The notes beneath the pieces were generated by a model. It saw only the letters and a program-made list of their open reading frames with translations. It made no database searches and was not told where the DNA came from. This document shows, piece after piece, positions 24,348 through 33,657 of a DNA stretch of 45,113 bases. A program made the position numbers and the translations under genes. The first letter of the stretch is position 1, and each line of letters opens with the position of its first letter. The stretch spans positions 1-45,113 of IMG/VR virus record IMGVR_UViG_3300025718_000011; one strand, 5' to 3'. Source of the stretch: a virus. Its lineage: Duplodnaviria; Caudoviricetes.

Positions 24348-24761
24348 TTATCTTGAGGATTGATTGCTGTCCCAGTGTCCGGGATCATCGGCAGTCGTCG
24401 GGCCGTCGTAGTCTTCATTCAGACGGCAGCCAATCGCCACAGCCTTAGTGTTATATTCGTTATCAGGAATGGCGCTATATGAAACGTAAATAGGCCAGCC
24501 GCGACAATCTGTTTGATGATAGACGTACAGTCCGACGTTTGCGGCGATTGCGTCTGCTTCTTTTTGGAGCTTTTCAACTACAACGTCGTTGCCGTCTTCG
24601 TTAATGTCTGTTTCTGACATATCACCGTTGCAGCCGTCTTCATATCTCTTGTGCAGCGTCTTGCCAATCTTCTGGAGCTGATTGATTGCGTCCAGCAGCA
24701 ATCCCAGACCGTTGTCAGTCATTCCGTTGTTCATTCCCTTCCCTCTCTTATCTGTAAGCAT
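24348..24761 (-). CDS. Phage hypothetical protein
   Basis: GGAGGT RBS; YHQTDCRGWPIY motif. Confidence 0.7.
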   Translation of the reverse strand: MLTDKRGKGMNNGMTDNGLGLLLDAINQLQKIGKTLHKRYEDGCNGDMSETDINEDGNDVVVEKLQKEADAIAANVGLYVYHQTDCRGWPIYVSYSAIPDNEYNTKAVAIGCRLNEDYDGPTTADDPGHWDSNQSSR

Positions 24762-24770
24762 AGAAAATAC

Positions 24771-25038
24771 CTCCTCTCCCTATTTAGGGACGTTCTATTT
24801 TGAAAATTCTACGGAGTGTAAAATCCGATATATAGCAGCGCGAACTTCAAACGCTTCCTGCCATCTTGCATGTGTTTCATCGCTGGGAGACGAAACGCTT
24901 GCCAATTCCATCTCACGCTTTTCTATATATGACAAAATAGCTTGTTCTCGCTTCGTTAATTCTGGAAGGTTTACAATGTTTCCGTCAATTACTGTCCTGT
25001 TCATGCTGCTCCTCCTCTCCCTATTCCGGGACGTTCTA
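24771..25038. repeat. 27-bp intergenic direct repeat (stop-hairpin-RBS linker)
   Basis: CTCCTCTCCCTATT(TA/CC)GGGACGTTCTA at 24771-24797 and 25012-25038. Confidence 0.9.
24795..25004 (-). CDS. Hypothetical protein, first ORF of the early operon
   Basis: GAGGAGGAG RBS. Confidence 0.65.
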   Translation of the reverse strand: MNRTVIDGNIVNLPELTKREQAILSYIEKREMELASVSSPSDETHARWQEAFEVRAAIYRILHSVEFSK

Positions 25039-25097
25039 TACTGCTACAAGGCACTAGGTGCCTTGTTTCGGCTCTTCTGAGCCTCATCAGGCAGTAT
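25038..25097 (-). ncRNA. Hammerhead ribozyme, type I (HH1), GUA cleavage
   Basis: AUACUGC-CUGAUGA-GGCUC agaa GAGCC-GAAA-CAAGGCAC cua GUGCCUUG-UA-GCAGUAU. Confidence 0.95.
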
Positions 25098-25485
25098 GTA
25101 CTAAGATCATACCACAGCGCCACAGCTTCAACGTCTGTGGCGGTTAGTTTTGACCAGTCTGGAGTCCCGGTCTTTAACCTTTACTGACTCCAGGGTCTTG
25201 ATTGTTGCGTCCCTTGTACAACCTACGGGGTCGGACGCTATGAGAATGCGCGGTGTTGATGTGTTGCTTACTCCCTTACAACAGTAAGTATATACAGAAC
25301 CGTTGAAAGCGTACAGTGACAATGTGAAGAAAGTGGATGAAAATCATCACTATTGGAGAGGAAAGGACCGCCACAGCAGATGCAGAGCGGAGGACGGGGT
25401 TTTTTGAGAAAAGGGACGTCCTGACTTTAAGTGCGGCTTACCCACTTTTATTTGCGATATGGAGGATTGTAGAAGATCTGGTCAA

Positions 25486-25724
25486 GTATCGGATCAAGTA
25501 TCAGATGCTATGTAGGATTGATGCGGGTTTGAGCGGATGGTATCACATGGGTATCAGATGAAACAGAGAGAAAACACAATAGTGATGCAGGGAGAGCGGA
25601 AGGGTACTGTATAGGCCAAACAAAAAGGGCAAGGGACACGAGCTCAAGTCGATGATTCATGTGTGCGTATAGCGAAACAACAGCAAATATGCGGCGTCCA
25701 GCGTTTTACCTGTGGTATCAGATG
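25486..25724. repeat. GTATCAGATG motif cluster
   Basis: Exact at 25498, 25551 and 25715; variants at 25486 and 25540. Confidence 0.75.
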
Positions 25725-25992
25725 CTTTGTGTTTCTGTGGCTTATACAATCAGGCTGTGACTTGCTTTGTCTGCCCTTTGTGTGGATGCTACGGTTATGA
25801 AATAGTGAATAACGCGGCGTTAGAAATGATTTTAACGCTCATGCTTGCTGTAGAGAGCGTTTGCCGTCTTTTAGTGCCTGATGTATGCTCACTTTCATCA
25901 TATAATCTACATTGATATGTTCGGCGTTTTTTGTAACAGTAATCTTGATTACCGTAACAGGGTGGGGTATCCAGGGAGGCGATCGCGTTGGA

Positions 25993-26035
25993 TATGTGTA
26001 GTGTATACACTACACATAGGGGGGGGTAAACCCCC
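25993..26035. other. 26-bp perfect palindrome plus G8-TAAA-C5; candidate packaging site
   Basis: TATGTGTAGTGTA|TACACTACACATA 25993-26018, then GGGGGGGGTAAACCCCC, upstream of the small terminase. Confidence 0.55.
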
Positions 26036-26168
26036 AAGCCACCCCTAGCGACAGGGGCGGTGCCTCAAAATTCTACAATTTTCTCTTCTTCAAATCTTCC
26101 CTTCACGACTTCTTCACCTTCCGAACTACACCGCTGGTCTTCATATTGCATATCCTTATATCAATCGT

Positions 26169-26384
26169 ACCACGTGAACTGCCACTGGCACCGTGGTCCT
26201 TTAAGTTAAGGTGGCTGTACGGCGGCTCGACAGGGGTTCTGGGCAGAATCCTCCGCTCGTGCAGGGGCATGTGGGCATCGGGGTGGGCAGCTCACAACAG
26301 TACGTTAGGGGTGGAAGCATGGGCGACTTTCAGACTGAGCAATTGGGCAATGCTCTTCGGGCCGGACCTTCGGGCGAGGCCCGA
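26169..26384 (+). ncRNA. Candidate structured leader of the late operon
   Basis: Four hairpins, the last capped by a cUUCGg tetraloop, ending 5 nt before ATG 26390. Confidence 0.4.
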
Positions 26385-26389
26385 TAGTC

Positions 26390-26929
26390 ATGTCTAAAAT
26401 TATAGATCTCAACATCGAAGAAACGGCGACACACAAACGCGCTTTTCTGCTTTATTCCACCCTCGACCCCGAACTTTCCCCTGAAGAACGTGAAGCCCTC
26501 GTTGCGTCACGTCTTGGAGCTGATGTGGATGAAACAGATGTAAAAACATGGGCATCCTCCTTCCACTGGGAAGAGAGACTGGCACAGGACGCGCAGACCG
26601 TTCAGAAGGGGCTGGACGCACGGACTCGCAAGGAAAAACTGCGAGATAAGACAGAGAAACTTGTTGATCATCTCTTTACCTTGCTCGGCAAGGATGAGAC
26701 ATACGAGCACATGGAAATCAATGATGGGAAAACCATTTCTCAGCTAGCGTCTGCAGTGGACAAGCTCGTTCATACGATGGGTATGCTCGACGGCACCGCC
26801 GTGGAGACGGTCGTCCTGAGATCAGATAAGCCGATTTCAGAACTGTCGGACGAGGACCTGGCGGAGGCCGTCAAGGTGGGCAGGGCAAGGGCTGCTGCTC
26901 GTTCGGACGATGGGCCGGAGGCGGCATAG
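26390..26929 (+). CDS. Putative terminase small subunit
   Basis: N-terminal HTH-like (TWASSFHWEER) region, coiled coil, LSDEDL tail; directly precedes terL. Confidence 0.7.
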   Translation: MSKIIDLNIEETATHKRAFLLYSTLDPELSPEEREALVASRLGADVDETDVKTWASSFHWEERLAQDAQTVQKGLDARTRKEKLRDKTEKLVDHLFTLLGKDETYEHMEINDGKTISQLASAVDKLVHTMGMLDGTAVETVVLRSDKPISELSDEDLAEAVKVGRARAAARSDDGPEAA

Positions 26930-26938
26930 GAGGACAAG

Positions 26939-27076
26939 ATGCCACTGAAACGAGGAAGGTCCAGAAAGACAATCTCAAAAAACATTAAAACTGAAATTGC
27001 GGCGGGGCGGTCTCAAAAACAAGCCATCGCCATCGCATTCCGGATGGCGGGGAAGAAAGGGAAGCGCAGTAAGTGA
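26939..27076 (+). CDS. Small basic phage protein (45 aa)
   Basis: [34 protein letters not shown]..., AGGAGG RBS; missed by the ORF track. Confidence 0.75.
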   Translation: MPLKRGRSRKTISKNIKTEIAAGRSQKQAIAIAFRMAGKKGKRSK

Positions 27077-28533
27077 TCGCCACCCTCACTCTCGATGGTG
27101 TTCTGGCGGAGCAGGCGAGACGGGAGATTGACCGTCGCGCCGAGCTGAGAGAAAGGGTTACGTCCTCTCTGTACGAATTCTGTCAATACATGGTTCCTGT
27201 CGTTTATTCTGAAAAAAGGCCATATCTCGAAGATGTCTGCGATCTATCTCAGAGGGTCGTTGAACACAGGTCGGGGAAGAAGGGCGGCATCGTCACGACG
27301 GGTCCGCGCTTTGGCAAGAGTATCACTGGGTCGCTGGCGAGCGCGTGGACGATTGGAAGATGGATGACGGACTCCATCATGCGGGCGTCCTACGGCGCAG
27401 ACCTCGCCGAAACTTTGTCGAAACAGGTGATGGGCTTTGTTCAGAGCGACAAGTACCGACTGGTCTTCCCCGATGTGCGCCTGAAGATGGACCACCAGGC
27501 CGTCGCAGACTGGGCCGTTTGTGGCGCCGTTACTTCTTCTTATTTTTGCGCCGGTGTCGGCGGGCCATTTACGGGAAAGGGCGCATCGCGTCTGGCGATG
27601 ATCGATGACCAATTAAAGAACATCGACGATGCGCTGAATGAACCCAAACTCGATAAGGACTGGCTGTGGTACCAGTCGACGTTCTTCACACGCGAGGAAG
27701 AGCGTGGCGGCGTGCGGTGCCCTGAGTTGTTCATCGGGACGCGCTGGTCGAACCGCGACATCATCGGGCGAAAGATGGCAGAAAGCGAGCCGGGTGACTA
27801 CGAGGTCTTCAGTTTGCCGGCGATGGTCGATGGGAAATCTGTCTGCGAGGATGTGATCTCGACGGCAACGCTCATCGATATGCAGACGACCATGCCGTCC
27901 TTCATCTTCGACGCCGAGTATATGCAGTCACCCGTGGAACGCGAGGGGCTGTTGTACGACTTCGCACTAGCAAAGACCTTCGAGTTGAAACAGAAGAGGC
28001 AGGAGCTGGCGCAGGCAACATGCGTGGGGTATGCCGACACCGCAGATCGTGGCGCAGACAGTCTGGGCGCTCCTTTTGCCAAGAACGTGGGGGAACTGTT
28101 CTACCTGACCGACGTTGTTTTCTCGGCAGAAGATATGGACATCACGAAGCAGCAGGTTGTGAACAAGGCGGTGCAAGAACACTGTGTGCGCTTGACCGTG
28201 GAGAGCAACAACGGCGGGCGGCTGTTCGCGTCAAACCTCCGTGAGATGTTTGCGAAGATCGGGCACCCCTGTTCTGTTGTGGATAAGCAGACCACCTCAA
28301 ACAAAGAGACAAGAATTCTCTCCTGGGCCGACTGGATCATGCAGCACATCGTCTTCCGTACGGACTACGACGCTGGTAGTGGTTACGATCGGTTTTGCAA
28401 AGAACTGTTCCACTATCTGAAGGCGGGACGGAATCAGCATGACGACGCTGCTGATTCTCTGACGGGGCTGTCAGAGAACATGGCAATGGGTGCACGATGG
28501 CAACGGTTGCCTGATAAACCGGCTGGTTGGTGA
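27073..28533 (+). CDS. terL: Terminase large subunit
   Basis: GPRFGKS Walker A, MIDD Walker [26 protein letters not shown]. Confidence 0.93.
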   Translation: MIATLTLDGVLAEQARREIDRRAELRERVTSSLYEFCQYMVPVVYSEKRPYLEDVCDLSQRVVEHRSGKKGGIVTTGPRFGKSITGSLASAWTIGRWMTDSIMRASYGADLAETLSKQVMGFVQSDKYRLVFPDVRLKMDHQAVADWAVCGAVTSSYFCAGVGGPFTGKGASRLAMIDDQLKNIDDALNEPKLDKDWLWYQSTFFTREEERGGVRCPELFIGTRWSNRDIIGRKMAESEPGDYEVFSLPAMVDGKSVCEDVISTATLIDMQTTMPSFIFDAEYMQSPVEREGLLYDFALAKTFELKQKRQELAQATCVGYADTADRGADSLGAPFAKNVGELFYLTDVVFSAEDMDITKQQVVNKAVQEHCVRLTVESNNGGRLFASNLREMFAKIGHPCSVVDKQTTSNKETRILSWADWIMQHIVFRTDYDAGSGYDRFCKELFHYLKAGRNQHDDAADSLTGLSENMAMGARWQRLPDKPAGW

Positions 28534-28545
28534 TGAGGTGAAATC

Positions 28546-29988
28546 GTGCTGACAAGCAATCCATTGCAGATCGGGAGCAAGTTCTGGCCGGAGACGGACG
28601 TCTATCGTCTCGGCACTTACGTGAAGAACCGTGCTTTGTTCGACGGAGCGCATGACATCGTGTTTCCCGAATGGACAAAGGCACTTCGTCCAGAACGCCG
28701 AGCGCAGATTTGGCTGACGATCAACTGGCATCAGATGCTCAGCACAATCTGGCCGGACCTTTTAGTTGGAGAGCCTCCGCTGTTTACGGCGTCGACGCCC
28801 GAGCAGCAGGTGTTCCTTGATTCCCTTGTCGCCGACAACCGCCTCATCGGCACGGTTTATGAGGTGGGGATCGACGTCAGCAGGTATGGCGATGGGTTGT
28901 TCAACGTGTGGTACAAGGACGGGAAGATTCACATTGGTACCGCGTCGCCCGAGGTGTGGATTCCCTGGGCGCTGCCTGCTGATATTAAAGACGTGCAGGG
29001 TTGTGTTCTCGGCTGGCGGTATGAGAAGGACAAGAAGTTCTTCCTCGATACACAGATGCACACGCCGGGGTTTGTACAGAAGACAACCTACGAGACAGAC
29101 AAGGACGGTACGATTCGGCGCGTCATCGGCGGTGACAACGAACCAGTAGCCACAGAGATTGACGAGTTGCTGGTCGTCCCTGTGCACAACGTAACGACCT
29201 CCGACACTTATTTTGGCTTGTCCGACTACGGCATCTGCGAGTCCATCTGCCAGGAAGAAGAGTCTCGTCTTTCTCAGATCAAATACGTTCTTGATAAACA
29301 TTCAGACCCGAACCTCAAGGGGCCGCAGAGCATGGTGACGACAAACCCTGTCACGAACCAGCCGGAAGTGAAGGTCGGGGGAAAGTTCATGCCCCTGAAC
29401 CCCGGCGAGGACGTGAGCTACGTGACGTGGGACGGACAACTTACTGCGGCATTTACGGAACTGGATAATTTGCAGGCTAAGAAGTTCCAGATGACCGGTA
29501 TCTCTCCCGCACTGTTCGGCGGCGACTTCGGCCGGGCAGAGAGCGGGTCTGCCATGAAGCGCCTGCTGATTTCAACGCTGAGAAAGATTAACCGGTTGCG
29601 GATGCAGTTTGACCCCGCTGTCCGGCAAGTCATCTGTATCGCATCGCGGCTTGCTGTGGCAAACGAGGTAGAGGGTGCGGTCGAGATCAAATCGAAGGAC
29701 CTGCATATCGCGTGGCAGGATGGTCTGCCGCAAGACATCGTGGAGACGGCTTCTGCGTACACAACGCTCAAGACGTCGGGGCTTGTCAGTACGAGAACCG
29801 CCGTTTCTGTTGCGTTGGAAAAGGGTGGAAGCGCACTGGACGATGAGCTGAAGGCGATTGAGGATGACGCGACAAAGGCCGCTGATGCAGCGAAGGCCGC
29901 TGCGCCCGCCGTTCCTGACCAGAACGCGCCGCTTACGGACCGCCTGAGTGCGGCACTGAAGAATGGACAAACGGACGAGACTGCTTAA
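28546..29988 (+). CDS. Portal protein (SPP1 gp6-like)
   Basis: Size, position, GLSDY and AESGSAMK motifs. Confidence 0.85.
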   Translation: MLTSNPLQIGSKFWPETDVYRLGTYVKNRALFDGAHDIVFPEWTKALRPERRAQIWLTINWHQMLSTIWPDLLVGEPPLFTASTPEQQVFLDSLVADNRLIGTVYEVGIDVSRYGDGLFNVWYKDGKIHIGTASPEVWIPWALPADIKDVQGCVLGWRYEKDKKFFLDTQMHTPGFVQKTTYETDKDGTIRRVIGGDNEPVATEIDELLVVPVHNVTTSDTYFGLSDYGICESICQEEESRLSQIKYVLDKHSDPNLKGPQSMVTTNPVTNQPEVKVGGKFMPLNPGEDVSYVTWDGQLTAAFTELDNLQAKKFQMTGISPALFGGDFGRAESGSAMKRLLISTLRKINRLRMQFDPAVRQVICIASRLAVANEVEGAVEIKSKDLHIAWQDGLPQDIVETASAYTTLKTSGLVSTRTAVSVALEKGGSALDDELKAIEDDATKAADAAKAAAPAVPDQNAPLTDRLSAALKNGQTDETA

Positions 29989-30814
29989 CGACGCCGAGAG
30001 CCGCCGGAAGCGGCTGACGCAGTTGTACAAGGACGCCGAGAACGCGGCGATCCTTCTCCTTGCAACAGCACTGATGAACTCCAAACCTGCTGACGCGCTG
30101 CGCACGGCACAAACGTCCATCCGCAAGGTAATGGTGCGGGCCGATGCGCAGGCGCGGGGGTGGTGTGACGATTCGCTGACGACGCTCTACGCGCGAGGAA
30201 TGCTGGACACGAGTGAGCGACTCAACCAGCCTCACCCTGCGTCTTCGCCCATGCACCTTGCCATCATTGCCGCACTTGCGGCAGGGGTCATGGAGAAACT
30301 GTCAAGCGTTGGTGCCGCTGTCGACCGCAATGTGTCGACGCTCCTTGCGTCCGCGCAAGTCGGCGTTGCGGGTGCGTCGTTCAAAAATGCGACCGACTGG
30401 CAGGCGCTTGCCGAGAAGTTGCGGCAGGATGTGATGCAGAACGGTGTGACGGGATTCATCGACAAGGCGGGGCATGCTTGGAAGGTCGACACATACGTTG
30501 ATGTCGTGGCGCAGTCGAGCGTGATGAAAGCTTACAACAAGGGCATCAGTTCAGAGATGCAGGCAGACGGGCTTGACCTTGCGCGACTGAGTGACGAGAT
30601 CGACGAAAACACCTGCGACGCATGTGCGGAGTGGGCGGGGCAAGTTCTTTCCATCACCGGTGCGACGCCGGGCTTTCCGACCGTCGACGAGGCAGAGGCA
30701 GACGGTGTGTTTCATTGCCACTGCGTTCACACATTAGAACCGCTGACCGAAGAAGAGGCGGTGCAGGAAGTAGAAGACAACGGCAACTCCAATGCCGGAA
30801 CCAAGGAGGCTTGA
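29963..30814 (+). CDS. Minor capsid/head morphogenesis protein
   Basis: FIDKAGHAWKVDTY, CDACAEWAGQV, FHCHCVH. Confidence 0.85.
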   Translation: MDKRTRLLNDAESRRKRLTQLYKDAENAAILLLATALMNSKPADALRTAQTSIRKVMVRADAQARGWCDDSLTTLYARGMLDTSERLNQPHPASSPMHLAIIAALAAGVMEKLSSVGAAVDRNVSTLLASAQVGVAGASFKNATDWQALAEKLRQDVMQNGVTGFIDKAGHAWKVDTYVDVVAQSSVMKAYNKGISSEMQADGLDLARLSDEIDENTCDACAEWAGQVLSITGATPGFPTVDEAEADGVFHCHCVHTLEPLTEEEAVQEVEDNGNSNAGTKEA

Positions 30815-30815
30815 T

Positions 30816-31319
30816 ATGGCAGATGAGATTGTAAAGACACCTGAAGCACAGGGAGAACAGCAACCAGACAACGGTAACCGCCTTCCCAGAACGCAAGAAG
30901 AGCTTGATGCGGTGATCCAGGGCAGGCTTGACCGTGAACGCAAGAAGTTTGTGGGTTTTGATGAACTGAAGGCAAAAGCTGCTGAGTACGAGAAGCAGAA
31001 ACAGGCCGCGATGACTGATGCTGAGAAGAAAGATGCACGGCTCAAGGAACTCGAAACGCAGAACGCAGACCTCACCAGCCAGCTTTCCGACCGCGAAGCC
31101 AAGGTGCTTCGTGTGCAGATGCTGGAGGCGGCGGGGCTGCCGACTTCGTGGGCTGAGCGCGTGCACGGTACGACGGCAGAGGAAATCAAGGCCGACGTTG
31201 GTGAACTTACAAAGCTGCTCGGCGTGAAGAAACAGTCGGTAGGTGGGCCAGGTGCCCCCGCCGACACCACACAGCCGGTCGACATCAATGCAAGTATCCG
31301 TAGGATGCTCGGATACTAG
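30816..31319 (+). CDS. Capsid scaffolding protein
   Basis: TQEELDAVIQGRLDRERKK coiled coil; precedes the capsid gene. Confidence 0.85.
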   Translation: MADEIVKTPEAQGEQQPDNGNRLPRTQEELDAVIQGRLDRERKKFVGFDELKAKAAEYEKQKQAAMTDAEKKDARLKELETQNADLTSQLSDREAKVLRVQMLEAAGLPTSWAERVHGTTAEEIKADVGELTKLLGVKKQSVGGPGAPADTTQPVDINASIRRMLGY

Positions 31320-31342
31320 CGACCCCCTAAGGAGGGTTACAC

Positions 31343-32335
31343 ATGGCTATTCCTGTTAACACAACTACCTACAATGCAATGATTACGCGTGCCAACGCCT
31401 CGGTTCTTTGTCCTGCCGAGCTTCGCGAGGGCATCATTTCGGCAGTGACACAGAACTCCGCGTTCCTGTCGCTGGCAACAAAGCTTCCCAATATGTCGGC
31501 GCAGACGTTGACCATGCCGGTCATCTCCGCTCTTCCGACTGCGTACTTCGTGACAGGTGAAGTCGGCGACGGCACCAACAGCGGCGTCAAACAGGCAACT
31601 AACATGGCGTGGCTGAACAAGATGCTCACCGCCGAAGAGGTTGCTGTCATCGTTCCCATTCCCGAAAACGTTCTTGCCGATTCTCAGTACGACATCTGGG
31701 GCCAGGTTAAGGACAAGGCTTCGGAAGCAATCGGTCTTGCTATCGACAACGCCGCGATCTGGGATGTTGGCCATCCTACTTCATGGCCGGAAGGCATCAA
31801 GGCTGGCGCGACCACGGCTGGCAACAGTCTCGTTATGGGCGTTCTCGGCGACCTTGTGGACGACATCGGCGGCGTGGGCGGCTTGATGAGTTTAGTTGAA
31901 GCAGATGGGTACGACGTGAACGGATTTTACGGCGTTCTCTCCATGAAGGCCGCACTTCGTGGCCTTCGCGACACGAACAAGACGCTCATCTTCCAGCCTT
32001 CCATGCTCGCGGGAACGCCCAGCACGCTCTATGGTCAACCCATTGAGTATGCTCGCAACGGCGTCACCCCCGGCACCACACTCCTCATCGGCGGCGATTG
32101 GAAGCAGGCCGTGTACTCCGTCCGTCAGGACATCACCTACAAGCTCCTGACTGAGGGCGTTATTCAGGATGCGGCAGGGGCCATTGTCTACAACCTTGGT
32201 CAGCAAGACATGGTTGCTCTTCGAATCACGATGCGCCTTGGCTGGCAGCTCCCGAACCCCATCAACAGAGTTAATTCAGAAGGGACCGATCCTTCGACCA
32301 CTCGTTATCCGTTTGCAGTTCTGACTTCAGCATAG
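31343..32335 (+). CDS. Major capsid protein (HK97 fold)
   Basis: 330 aa; AEEVAVIVPIPE, GDW, QDMVALR pattern. Confidence 0.9.
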   Translation: MAIPVNTTTYNAMITRANASVLCPAELREGIISAVTQNSAFLSLATKLPNMSAQTLTMPVISALPTAYFVTGEVGDGTNSGVKQATNMAWLNKMLTAEEVAVIVPIPENVLADSQYDIWGQVKDKASEAIGLAIDNAAIWDVGHPTSWPEGIKAGATTAGNSLVMGVLGDLVDDIGGVGGLMSLVEADGYDVNGFYGVLSMKAALRGLRDTNKTLIFQPSMLAGTPSTLYGQPIEYARNGVTPGTTLLIGGDWKQAVYSVRQDITYKLLTEGVIQDAAGAIVYNLGQQDMVALRITMRLGWQLPNPINRVNSEGTDPSTTRYPFAVLTSA

Positions 32336-32426
32336 TCATTGAGAAGCGAGGGCCGGGACACGTTGCACACCTCTAAGGCGCAACCTCTGCCGGTTCACAC
32401 CGCTCTGCGTCCGGGGCAATCGGCTT

Positions 32427-32460
32427 GACGCTGGAACCTAACAAGACCAGCGTCTCTTTT
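32427..32460 (+). terminator. Intrinsic terminator after the capsid gene
   Basis: GACGCTGG/CCAGCGTC stem then TCTTTT. Confidence 0.7.
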
Positions 32461-32471
32461 AGGAGGTGCTT

Positions 32472-32702
32472 ATGAAAGTGAAACTTCTTGTGGACACTCA
32501 AACACTAGCGAACGGCTTTGTTCGTGTTGGAGACGTGATTGACGTTGATGACGCAACTGCTGAACGGTGGCTCGACCATCGGATTGCAGAGTTCGCCACT
32601 TCGGAATCAGAAGAAGTCACGAATGAGCCGACAGAAGAACTGACGACTTCTCCTGTTCCAGAATTGAAGAAAGCCGGAAGACCGCACAAGGTGAAGAAAT
32701 GA
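32472..32702 (+). CDS. Small head-associated protein
   Basis: GDVIDVDDATAERWL pattern; AGGAGGT RBS. Confidence 0.65.
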   Translation: MKVKLLVDTQTLANGFVRVGDVIDVDDATAERWLDHRIAEFATSESEEVTNEPTEELTTSPVPELKKAGRPHKVKK

Positions 32703-33178
32703 GCGCGTATGTGACGCTTGCAGAAGCCACAACCTATTTTTCGACATGTCTTTATATCGAGAAGTGGGTGGCTGCAACGCCGTCCGAAAAGACTGCGGCC
32801 CTTGCTACTGCGCAGCGAGAGATCGACACATTGCCGCTTATTGGCACAAAGGCGGTCAACATGCAACTCAATCAGTTTCCTCGCGCCTACGTTGTGCGGA
32901 CCGATGCGTTCAACATGACATCCCCAACAGTCTTCAGCACATACGGTACTGTCGACCTGATTATACCGCAGGCGGTCAAGGATGCCGAGTGCGAAGAGGC
33001 GCTGGCTCTTTTGAGGTATGGCGATTCAGAACGAGTGAAGTTGCAGGAGCAGGGCGTGACATCCGCTTCGCGCGGAGACCTCCATGAAACCTACGCGCCT
33101 CGGCATGGCCTTATCAGCCCAGTGGCGCGAGAACTCTTGCGTCCTTGGGTGCAAGGCGTGGTGAATCTTACCACATGA
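32699..33178 (+). CDS. Head-tail adaptor (DnaT-like phage family)
   Basis: AYVTLAEA..YF, Q.NQFPR, IPQAVKDAECE. Confidence 0.75.
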   Translation: MSAYVTLAEATTYFSTCLYIEKWVAATPSEKTAALATAQREIDTLPLIGTKAVNMQLNQFPRAYVVRTDAFNMTSPTVFSTYGTVDLIIPQAVKDAECEEALALLRYGDSERVKLQEQGVTSASRGDLHETYAPRHGLISPVARELLRPWVQGVVNLTT

Positions 33179-33657
33179 CCTTCACCGTCACTGTTGATCC
33201 GAACAACGCCTTTCACTACGCAATGGCGCAGTACGTGGCACTTTTGCCGTCAGACATCGAGTCGGCGTTGGTTGCCGGCGCGGACTTAATTGCTTCCACA
33301 GCACGTGCCAATATGCAGGCGAACGGCAACGTTGATACGGGCAAACTGAGCGCATCTATCGGGACGCTGAGCAAGCAGGCGGACCTATCACAGGTGACGG
33401 TAACGGTCGGCCCTTCGCTGACCGACATGCACCCTGCGCGGTTCAACCCTACGAAAACATTTAACCAGATCGGTTCATATCTTGAATTTGGAACTTCTGG
33501 CGGTCCTTGGTCGTGGAGTGGTGTGACAGAGAAGTGGGCGGGCTTTCACCCTGGTTGGACCGGCAATGCTGCGCATCCGTTTCTTACACCTGCATTGCAA
33601 AGCATGGCGAGCAGCGTTGTGGACTTGGTTGCGCAGGCGGTCGGCAGACGATGGTAA
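33175..33657 (+). CDS. HK97 gp10-like tail completion protein
   Basis: VDTGKLSASI, YLEFGT, AHPFLTPA. Confidence 0.85.
   Translation: MTFTVTVDPNNAFHYAMAQYVALLPSDIESALVAGADLIASTARANMQANGNVDTGKLSASIGTLSKQADLSQVTVTVGPSLTDMHPARFNPTKTFNQIGSYLEFGTSGGPWSWSGVTEKWAGFHPGWTGNAAHPFLTPALQSMASSVVDLVAQAVGRRW

Noticed and set aside
25993-26018. Hairpin-telomere (N15-type linear plasmid) system
   Set aside because: No protelomerase or tyrosine recombinase ORF recognisable; kept only as a candidate packaging/origin site
25337-26037. Short ORFs in the divergent intergenic region
   Set aside because: No convincing RBS or motifs; the region is better explained as regulatory/packaging DNA
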